Below are positions 1-6,678 of a stretch of 25,922 bases of DNA, piece by piece. Source of the DNA: Myxococcota bacterium. GTDB taxonomy: Bacteria > Myxococcota > JACRCW01. The position numbers and the translations under genes were made by a program. Positions within the stretch are counted from its first letter, which is position 1. Every line of letters starts with the position of its first letter. Location of the stretch: the NCBI GenBank assembly GCA_040752415.1, contig JBFMGU010000153.1:1-25922 (forward strand), given 5' to 3'. The notes under the pieces are model-generated. The model saw nothing but the letters and a program-made list of their open reading frames with translations, was not told the DNA's origin and did no database searches.

Positions 1-92
1 AGAGCCCTGCCGACGATGACGTCGTGAAAGTGGTCTGCGAGGGCAGGGCTTGGTGTTTTTCCAGCTGCGGCCTTGGCCGCCGGTGACACCAA
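1..92 (-). CDS. Possible 5' end of a gene running off the left edge (MVSPAAKAAAGKTPSPALADHFHDVIVGRA...)
   Basis: Minus strand has GGAGG 6 nt before a TTG (92) / GTG (89) and is open to the window edge. All three minus frames are open here, so support is weak. Confidence 0.25.
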   Translation of the reverse strand, partial: MVSPAAKAAAGKTPSPALADHFHDVIVGRA

Positions 93-125
93 CGGGTGCC
101 TCCATGCGTTGATGCGGATCACGTG

Positions 126-169
126 GGGAGAGGGAGAGGGAGAGGGAGAGGGAGAGGGAGAGGGAGAGG
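126..169. repeat. Simple sequence repeat (GGGAGA)7, pure polypurine tract
   Basis: Seven perfect GGGAGA units at 126-167 plus GG, read directly. Confidence 0.95.
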
Positions 170-411
170 CCGTTGCCACACGCACCCGCGCTTCACGGTG
201 CGCGGACCTGGGTGCGCCACCCACGGATCCACCGCGCGCCGGTCCGTGGCGGGGGCGGTGCGCGACGTTATCATCCCCACAACCACCCGGCTCCGCGGGA
301 CCCCTTCTCCCCTGGTCACGCGGAGCCGGGAATCCCCTCTCATGATGGCGCAGGTCCTCGTCGCCACCGCGGCCCGGTGACGTCGGGCGCAGCCCTGCCC
401 ATGGATTCCTC

Positions 412-606
412 ATGGACCTGATTCCCCTTCCCCTCTCCCAACGCGCCCGCGTGCTGCAGCAACGGGCCGCGCCCCACATCAGCCGCCTGGTGCGCACGTT
501 GCGCGCCGCCCGCGCGGGAACGGTGGCCCTGGCGCGGCAGCGGCCGGTTCCCGCGGTGATGGGAGCGCTCCTCATCGGCTTTGTCATGGGACGCGTGGCG
601 CGCTGA
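412..606 (+). CDS. Small C-terminally anchored membrane protein, ElaB/YqjD/DUF883-like tail
   Basis: 64 aa ending RQRPVPAVMGALLIGFVMGRVAR (basic-P-hydrophobic GxxxG helix-basic tail); co-oriented with two related genes. Confidence 0.6.
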   Translation: MDLIPLPLSQRARVLQQRAAPHISRLVRTLRAARAGTVALARQRPVPAVMGALLIGFVMGRVAR

Positions 607-633
607 CGCGTGACCCCTTGTCAGGAGGACCGC

Positions 634-1035
634 ATGGTCACCCGCAGTGAGCCCAGCTTCACCCCGTCACCGGAAACCTCGCTGGCCGCGCAGGCCCGCC
701 AGATCCTGGGCACCGCCACCACGCTGGTCGAGCAGCTGTTGCGCACCGCGGGGCTCGTTTCCCGTCGGGTGGACCTGCGTGGGCGCGTGGAGCGCAACCC
801 GCTGGGAACGCTGGCGCTGGCGGCGGGCGTGGGATTCGTGCTGGGCGGCGGGCTCATCACGCGCTTCAGCGCGCGCCTGGTGGGCCTGGGCATCAAGCTG
901 GTGGCCGTCCCCGTCCTCCTGGACCGCGTCCGCACCATGGCTCTCGAGATCAACACGCAGCAGGAGGCCGCAGGCGCCTCCCAGAACCGGGAGCAGTCTG
1001 CCCGGAGTCCCAACGGCGGCACGCCCACCACGTGA
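634..1035 (+). CDS. DUF883/ElaB-like membrane protein (myxobacterial type)
   Basis: AGGAGG RBS before ATG 634; VERNPLGTLALAAGVGFVLGGGL motif; high-GC3 codon usage. Confidence 0.75.
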   Translation: MVTRSEPSFTPSPETSLAAQARQILGTATTLVEQLLRTAGLVSRRVDLRGRVERNPLGTLALAAGVGFVLGGGLITRFSARLVGLGIKLVAVPVLLDRVRTMALEINTQQEAAGASQNREQSARSPNGGTPTT

Positions 1036-1078
1036 AGCAGCACGAGGCGGCCACGAACATCCACCCTCAGGAGAAGAC

Positions 1079-1351
1079 ATGAACATCAAGGACATCAAGA
1101 ACCTGGACCGCGACGTGTTGCTGAGCCTCTTGGGCGTGGAGTCACGTCGGACCACCATGGACAAGGTCATGCCCGGCGTGGGCCTGTTCAGCGCGGGCCT
1201 GCTGCTGGGCGCGGGCATTGGCCTGATGGTGGCCGCCAAGCCGGGCGCGCAGCTGCGCGGGGACCTGGCCAACCGCCTGCGCAAGGCCGCGCCGCAGGGC
1301 TTCATGGCCCGCCGTGGCGACGGGGGAGCCACCGAGGGCAGCCCGGTGTGA
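1079..1351 (+). CDS. YtxH-like protein
   Basis: CAGGAG RBS before ATG 1079; MNIKDIKNLDRDVLLSLLG...GLLLGAGIGLMVAAKPGAQLRGDL matches the YtxH pattern (G-rich TM, then APxxGxELR-like). The track start at 647 is an upstream extension. Confidence 0.8.
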   Translation: MNIKDIKNLDRDVLLSLLGVESRRTTMDKVMPGVGLFSAGLLLGAGIGLMVAAKPGAQLRGDLANRLRKAAPQGFMARRGDGGATEGSPV

Positions 1352-1371
1352 GCTTCGCCGAGCTTAGGGTT
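1349..1371 (+). repeat. Left arm of 23-bp imperfect inverted repeat (TGAGCTTCGCCGAGCTTAGGGTT)
   Basis: 19/23 identical to the reverse complement of 4037-4059; inner 10 bp GCTTAGGGTT perfect; begins with the ytxH-like stop codon. Confidence 0.8.
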
Positions 1372-1495
1372 GACATCGGAGCGGGGGCCGCGGGCACGCG
1401 GTCTCCCTCCGTCCGCCCGCCGCGCTCCCGGGGGCCGTTCGGTGTCATGGAAGCCGCGTGGTCCGTCGTGACGCGTGGGTCCGGAGAATCACACC

Positions 1496-1738
1496 ATGAT
1501 GCTCCCTCCCGCCTCGCGTGGCGTCGGACTGCTCCTGGTCCTCTCCGCCTGCCATGCGCCACCCGCGCAGGTGGTGCGGATCTGCGGCCCCGACGGACAA
1601 TGCACCGCGCACGTGCTGCTCCCGCGTGAGCCCGTCCAAGTGACGAAGGAACAGCGCGTGCTCTCCGCGCGGAATGAAGCGGGCGCTCCCGTGGTGGTGG
1701 TGATCACGCCACGCCCGTCGGAGCGGCAGGAGCGGTGA
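1496..1738 (+). CDS. Small putative lipoprotein (80 aa)
   Basis: GGAG before ATG 1496; hydrophobic segment and lipobox LSA-C; a Cys pair CGPDGQC. Confidence 0.6.
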   Translation: MMLPPASRGVGLLLVLSACHAPPAQVVRICGPDGQCTAHVLLPREPVQVTKEQRVLSARNEAGAPVVVVITPRPSERQER

Positions 1739-2129
1739 GCAGGGAAGGCGAACGCCCGGCTGGCGGAGAAGGTACGACCTCGCTATCAAAACCAGAGGGC
1801 CTGGGCGGCGCGCGCGGATCACCGCGGATGCCCTCCCCGCCGAGCGGCGGACGGCCCACCTGATGGCGGAAGCCATCCACTGCCCATGACCAACGTCATC
1901 CCGTGCGGGCCGCGCGCCTGCCCGGGAGGACCCTGCGCCCACGTCGGTGGGGCCCCCTCCCTCCGTCGGGAAGGTGCCCCCGGCGCGGCGCGCCCCCAAG
2001 GACCGCGTCCACGAAGAGCAGTGAGCGTGGCGCGCTCCGGAACCAGAGGACCCCGGGCCCGCGGTGGCTGCGTCTTGTCGCGCAGTGCGCTGTTCGGCCG
2101 CGAGGCCGGGATCCCCAGGAGAGGACGTG

Positions 2130-2786
2130 ATGAAGGAGAAGGACGAGGTCCTGAAGGCCAGGGACAAGCTGGTGATGGACAACTACGGCCTGATCCACAT
2201 GGTGGTGCAGGCGTACCGGCGGACCGGGGTGCGCTACGAGGACCTGGTGCAGGAGGGAGCCATGGGCCTGCTGCGCGCCGCGGAGACGTTTGATCCCACG
2301 CGCAACGTGAGGTTCTGCACCTACGCGGTCTACTGGATCCGTTCCAAGGTGCAGCGCTTCATCGAGCACCAGCGACGGGAGACCAACCCGTTCATGGCCG
2401 GCGTGGAGTCGGTGCCCGGGGAGGACGGCAAACGTCACATCCCGCGCACCCGGACGCTCTCCCTGGAGACGCCGGTGGAGGCCGACGGGGAACGCACGCT
2501 CAGCGAAACCGTGAGCAGCCCCGACGAGGTCACGCCCGAGCGCCACGCCATGGAGCGCCAGGAGCAGGGACGCGTGGTGAAGGAGGTGTGGGAAGCGTGC
2601 CGTGAGCTGGGCGACCCGCGCCTGCAGGTGATTGTCCGGCAGCGCCTGCTCTCCAACACGCCGGAGACGCTGGCCCAGGTGGGACGACGACTGAAGCTGT
2701 CCCGTGAAGGCACCCGCTTGCTGGAGGCGCGGGTCCTCGAGGCGGCGCGCCAACGGTTGAAGGATCTGGCCGAAGCACGACAGTAA
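2130..2786 (+). CDS. Sigma-70 family alternative RNA polymerase sigma factor (RpoD/RpoH-like regions 2 and 4, short)
   Basis: Region 2 motifs EDLVQEGAMGLLRAAETFDP and RFCTYAVYWIR; LSLETPV; region 4 HTH TLAQVGRRLKLSRE; AGGAGAGG RBS before GTG 2127/ATG 2130. Confidence 0.93.
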   Translation: MKEKDEVLKARDKLVMDNYGLIHMVVQAYRRTGVRYEDLVQEGAMGLLRAAETFDPTRNVRFCTYAVYWIRSKVQRFIEHQRRETNPFMAGVESVPGEDGKRHIPRTRTLSLETPVEADGERTLSETVSSPDEVTPERHAMERQEQGRVVKEVWEACRELGDPRLQVIVRQRLLSNTPETLAQVGRRLKLSREGTRLLEARVLEAARQRLKDLAEARQ

Positions 2787-2885
2787 CCTCCCACGACGGC
2801 GGTGAGGACGGGGAATGCGGAGCTGGACGCCCCGTCGTTAAACCCCACTGCGGGGGAGAGACACACGTTCTCAAGGAGCGGGCTG

Positions 2886-3575
2886 ATGGACGCGCAGGTG
2901 CCAGGCTGGGACGTCATGCCGGCGTTGCCGGACGTTGCGGTGACGTCGCGTACGCGCACGTCCCCACCGGAGGCGTGCTTCCCCGTGGAGCAATGCGTGG
3001 CGCGCTGCCAGAAGGGCGACGCCGCGGCGTTCCACGAGCTCTTCAGCCGCTACTACACCTGGGTGCAGGGCATTGTGTTCCCCATGGTGCACAACCCCGC
3101 GGACCTCGACGACGTGGTGCAGAGCGTGTTCCTGGAGGTGCACCGCTCCATCGGGCGCTTCGAGGGTCGCAGCCGTTTCTCCACGTGGCTCACGCGGCTG
3201 GCCATCAACGTGGCGCTGGGCTACCGGCGCAAGCGTCGCTTCTGGCGCAGGACCGAGGAAGCGCTGGAGCTGGAGGGTCTGGCCGGCGCGCCGGAGGTGG
3301 AAGGCCCGCCCGGCCCCGACGAGGTGCTGCAGATGAAGGTGAACCGCCAGGCGGTGCACCGGCTCACCGAGCGGCTCAGTCCCAAGCGTCGCAGCGTGTT
3401 CATGCTGGCGGAGCTGCAGGGCATGGAGAGCCCGGAGATTGGCGCGGTGCTGGGCATTCCGCCCGCCACGGTGCGCACCCGCCTCTTCCACGCGCGACGG
3501 GAATTCGAGCAGATGGTGCGCGAGGACCCGCAGCTGGGCGGTCAGGTGTCCCACGCGACAACGGCGGCGCGCTGA
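2886..3575 (+). CDS. ECF (RpoE-like) sigma-70 factor
   Basis: GDAAAFHELF, DDVVQSVFL, FEGRSRFSTWLTRLAIN, EIGAVLGIPPATVRTRLFHAR; AAGGAG RBS 7 nt before ATG 2886. Confidence 0.95.
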   Translation: MDAQVPGWDVMPALPDVAVTSRTRTSPPEACFPVEQCVARCQKGDAAAFHELFSRYYTWVQGIVFPMVHNPADLDDVVQSVFLEVHRSIGRFEGRSRFSTWLTRLAINVALGYRRKRRFWRRTEEALELEGLAGAPEVEGPPGPDEVLQMKVNRQAVHRLTERLSPKRRSVFMLAELQGMESPEIGAVLGIPPATVRTRLFHARREFEQMVREDPQLGGQVSHATTAAR

Positions 3576-3601
3576 GCTCCGCGTGCCCGGTGGGACGACG
3601 G

Positions 3602-4411
3602 ATGGACCCCTGGTGGATGGTGGCGGCGCTGGCGGGGACCTGGCTGGCGGCGTGCACACCCGGGCTGGCCTCCCACGAGGGCACCGCGCGCACCGGGGTC
3701 TGGCTCAACCTGGAGCTCCAGGGCGGTGACGACGTGGGCGCGGTGCGCTACCGCCTGACGCGCGTGCGTTGCCCCCAGCAGCGCGGGGACACGTTCCTTC
3801 CCGGTGGACGCGAGGTGCAGGTGCCCTACCCGGCGCGGGGCGGCGAGCACCCGGTGACGCTGGAGCCGGGCTGCTACCACGTGCTGGCGGAGCCGCTCAC
3901 CTCCGCGCCGCGGCCCACGGTGCTTTGTCCTCCGGTGGCGGCGCAGGGCGTCCAGGTGCAGCGTGGGCTGATGACCGGGGTGTTCCTGGCGGGGCGCTGT
4001 CGCGGTGCGGGGCGTCCCCAGCGGCGCGCGCGCACGAACCCTAAGCGGGACGAAGGTCAGCTGTTGCTGGAGGGGAAGACCAGGCCTTCCGGGAAGGGCG
4101 TGCCGTCGAATTCCACGCCCAGCTCCGCGGGTTTGCGCCAGCGCACCACGCCGTGGGCGGTGCCCAGCTCGGTGACCACCATGACCTTCTCTCCGCCGCT
4201 GAGCGGGAGCTCCTCCTCGGCCTCCTCGGTGCGGATGCACATGCCGGAGGCGCTCACGTCCATGAGGCGGCCGGTGGTCTCGGCGCTGCCGTTCAAGAGC
4301 CGGATGCTCACCGTGCTGTCCACGGGCAGGCGCGCGTGTCGACGGGGCGGCCGGCTCTCCAGCTCCGCCCATGCCGCGGAGAGCAACACCTCGTGCGGCT
4401 CACCGGGATAG
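3602..4411 (+). CDS. Putative lipoprotein; true 3' end uncertain (protein-like part about 3602-4010)
   Basis: MDPWWMVAALAGTWLAA-C lipobox, then a beta-rich Cys-containing domain (LEPGCYHVLAEPL). The frame runs 355 bp antisense into the PilZ gene before stopping. Confidence 0.6.
   Translation: MDPWWMVAALAGTWLAACTPGLASHEGTARTGVWLNLELQGGDDVGAVRYRLTRVRCPQQRGDTFLPGGREVQVPYPARGGEHPVTLEPGCYHVLAEPLTSAPRPTVLCPPVAAQGVQVQRGLMTGVFLAGRCRGAGRPQRRARTNPKRDEGQLLLEGKTRPSGKGVPSNSTPSSAGLRQRTTPWAVPSSVTTMTFSPPLSGSSSSASSVRMHMPEALTSMRRPVVSALPFKSRMLTVLSTGRRACRRGGRLSSSAHAAESNTSCGSPG
4037..4059 (-). repeat. Right arm of 23-bp imperfect inverted repeat (minus strand TGACCTTCGTCCCGCTTAGGGTT)
   Basis: Matches 1349-1371 at 19/23; begins with the PilZ gene stop codon. 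Confidence 0.8.
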
Positions 4412-4641
4412 AACGCCACCACCGCTTCCACGGGTTTGTCGTCCTGCAGGGTGCACCGCGCAACCTGGCCACGCAGGCGTTGGTGGGTTCCCGTGGATTC
4501 CAGCGTGATGTCCAGGGTCACGGATTCGCCCTCGCGAAGGCCGTGGTCGTCCCGGACGCTGACGCCACCATTGGCCAGCAGTCCCCAATAGGCGTCCAGG
4601 AACTCCTTGGCCGTGGCAAAGCGGATCTTGATGTGCTTCAC
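4057..4641 (-). CDS. PilZ-domain c-di-GMP receptor (degenerate N-terminal PilZ-like domain plus canonical C-terminal PilZ)
   Basis: RRHAR (RxxxR) and DVSASG (D/NxSxxG), GVVRW and LGVEF strands; N-terminus FATAKEFLDAY...LANGGVSV resembles myxobacterial PilZ-like domains; GGAGAGGG RBS before GTG 4641. Confidence 0.88.
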   Translation of the reverse strand: MKHIKIRFATAKEFLDAYWGLLANGGVSVRDDHGLREGESVTLDITLESTGTHQRLRGQVARCTLQDDKPVEAVVAFYPGEPHEVLLSAAWAELESRPPRRHARLPVDSTVSIRLLNGSAETTGRLMDVSASGMCIRTEEAEEELPLSGGEKVMVVTELGTAHGVVRWRKPAELGVEFDGTPFPEGLVFPSSNS

Positions 4642-4700
4642 GTGAATTCCCTCTCCCGTGGCGTTGGGTGCGAGGCCGCCAGTGGTGGGAGCCGCAACGA

Positions 4701-4727
4701 TTTTTAGTGTAACGAGCCAACTTACAT
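4701..4727. promoter_or_regulatory. AT-rich promoter patch with TGTAA-N9-TTACA palindrome upstream of the PilZ gene
   Basis: TGTAA 4708-4712 and TTACA 4722-4726; minus-strand TACACT -10-like hexamer overlaps it. Confidence 0.4.
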
Positions 4728-5014
4728 CCGCCATCACATGAGCCCCCGCGCGGTGGCCCGGGTTGGCGTGGGCGGCGCCGGGACCGCATGACGGAGAGCA
4801 GGGATGACGACGGACGGACCGCGCCGGCGGAGGCGGGGGCGTGGCTTGGTTGGGGGATGGGTCGCGTCTACGCTGACGGAGGACGGACCCCTTCGCCGAC
4901 GTTCGTGGTGACGCCTAATTGCGGCGTCTCCGCCGGCGGTGCCCGTCTCTGTCCGAGGCTGCGACAACGTTGGGAGCCGCTCCCGACGGAAACGTGTCCC
5001 ATGCCTTCCGTGCT

Positions 5015-6403
5015 TCACGGCTGCTGCGAGAGGTCGGCGTAGTAGCGCGCGGCGCGGAGGGCGATGGCGTTGTCCTTGTCCGCGCCCTGGGAGCCCAGGT
5101 AGCGCGCGTAGTGGTCGCGGGCGCGGTCGCGGTCGCCCATGGCGCGGTAGGCCTCGGCCATGCCGAACAGGGGCGCGGAGAGGGAGGGGTCGTGGCGGAG
5201 GGCCTGCTGGTAGGAGACCACCGCGTCCTGCGGACGTTGCAACGCCACCAGCGCGGTGCCACGCGCCACGTGACAGAGCGTGTGATCCGGCTTGAGCTGC
5301 AGGACCAGGTCAAACTCCTTGAGCGCGCCCGTGTAGTCCTTCTCCCGGAGCTTCGTGACGCCCTTGTTGTAGGCCTGGTTCGCCGCGCTGAGGACCTGCG
5401 TGGGGTCCTCCGTGGCCGGCCTGGGGGCCGCGGGAGCGGTCAGCGGCGGCAGCCACCGTGACGACGTCACCGGCGGCGGGGAGAGGTCCACCTCCGTGGT
5501 GTCCTCCGGGTGCTCCAGCAGCTGCTGCGCACGCGCAAACGCCAGTGCCGCGCCCTTGGTGTCGCCCGCCATCGCGTAGGCCACGCCCAGGCGGTGATGC
5601 ACCTCCACACTCGTCGGGTCGGCGGCCAGCGCGCTGTGGTAGGCCGCATGCGCCGCGGCGTAGGCACCGCGCGCCAGGTGCGTGTCGCCCTCGTCCAGCG
5701 CCAGGCGGAAGGCGGCGCTGCGGGCCTTGTCGTCGGGTGGCGGTGGAGGCGGCGTGGCCGGACGCGCGTACACCTCCCCGTCATCCTCATCCGCCTCCTC
5801 CGCCGGGGCGGGCGCGTTGCGCTTCTCCAAGGCATCCTCCAGCGACGGCACCGCCGCGAACTCCCGCTCCAGCGCCTGCGCCCGCTCCCGCGCCCGTTCC
5901 ACCCACGCCTTCTCCGAGGCGCGCTTCTCCAACGCCACGTAGCGTCGATAGTGCGCCGCCGCCTCCTTGCCGAATCCCGCGGCCTGCTCGGCTTCCGCCA
6001 GGCCGTAGAAGCCGTCGGGGTCGTTGGGCTTTCGCTCCACATAGAGTCGATAGTGTTCCATCGCCTCCACGTGGCGGCCGGCCTTCCGCAGCGCGTAGGC
6101 CAGGTTGTACAGCGCGCTTTCCGAGCGGGGGTTCACCGCACGCGCCTCCTTGAAGCTGGCCGCCGCGTCCGCGTACCGGCCCTGCGCAAACTGCATCTGC
6201 CCCAGGCCCATGAAGGCCTCGAAGTACGTCGGGTCGGCCTTCACCGCGTCCTGGTAGGCGCGCTCCGCGGCGCGCACGTCACGTTTGGCCAGGCCATCCG
6301 CCCGCTCCTTGTGCGCGCGCGCCGCGGCGGTGGGCGCGGCATGCACGGCGGTGGGAACGCCCAGCAGGAACACGGCAACAACAATGGGACGGAGGCGCGG
6401 CAT
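5015..6403 (-). CDS. Secreted tetratricopeptide-repeat (TPR) protein
   Basis: Signal peptide MPRLRPIVVAVFLLGVPTAVHA; multiple TPRs (AFMGLGQMQFAQGRYADAAASFKEA, ALYNLAYALRKAGRHVEA, AYNKGV...KDYTGALKEF) in three blocks separated by Pro/acidic linkers. Confidence 0.9.
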   Translation of the reverse strand: MPRLRPIVVAVFLLGVPTAVHAAPTAAARAHKERADGLAKRDVRAAERAYQDAVKADPTYFEAFMGLGQMQFAQGRYADAAASFKEARAVNPRSESALYNLAYALRKAGRHVEAMEHYRLYVERKPNDPDGFYGLAEAEQAAGFGKEAAAHYRRYVALEKRASEKAWVERARERAQALEREFAAVPSLEDALEKRNAPAPAEEADEDDGEVYARPATPPPPPPDDKARSAAFRLALDEGDTHLARGAYAAAHAAYHSALAADPTSVEVHHRLGVAYAMAGDTKGAALAFARAQQLLEHPEDTTEVDLSPPPVTSSRWLPPLTAPAAPRPATEDPTQVLSAANQAYNKGVTKLREKDYTGALKEFDLVLQLKPDHTLCHVARGTALVALQRPQDAVVSYQQALRHDPSLSAPLFGMAEAYRAMGDRDRARDHYARYLGSQGADKDNAIALRAARYYADLSQQP

Positions 6404-6606
6404 GGCATTCCCCTGCGCCAGACACCCGAACGCGGGGTCGGCGTCTTGGCGGGCCGGTGGATCTCGTCGTGGCTCCCGCGCTGTGCCGGTGGTGCGGGGC
6501 GTCGGGCGGGCCAGGGACGATGTAACGCTGCGCTCACGCTCGGGCATGGCCGACCGGGATTCCCAAAACACGCGGTGGCGGCGGGCGGTGGCTGCAGCCC
6601 GAGCGA

Positions 6607-6635
6607 TTGACGCCCCACAAACGCCTTGGTACCCG
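6607..6635 (+). promoter_or_regulatory. Putative housekeeping-sigma promoter for the giant lipoprotein
   Basis: TTGACG-17 nt-TACCCG with TG just before the -10, 43 nt upstream of the ATG. Confidence 0.45.
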
Positions 6636-6678
6636 CGCGGCCCTCGCGTGGCCCCGTCCACGCTCAAGGGAGGATGGA

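Noticed and set aside
3..60. 9-bp stem (3-11 with 42-50) with inner hairpin, GAAA and a downstream T-run, resembling a terminator or ribozyme
   Set aside because: The loop is 30 nt, the T-run is detached, there is no CUGAUGA core, and context is cut by the window edge.
73..421. Short ORFs with GEGEGE, GRGRGR or LPLPLP runs
   Set aside because: These are translations of the hexamer repeat in different frames, without RBS or coding-like composition.
1364..1375. TTAGGG telomere-like hexamer and TTGACA -35
   Set aside because: TTAGGG occurs singly, not as an array, and TTGACA has no -10 at 16-18 nt. Both are treated as part of, or adjacent to, the inverted-repeat arm.
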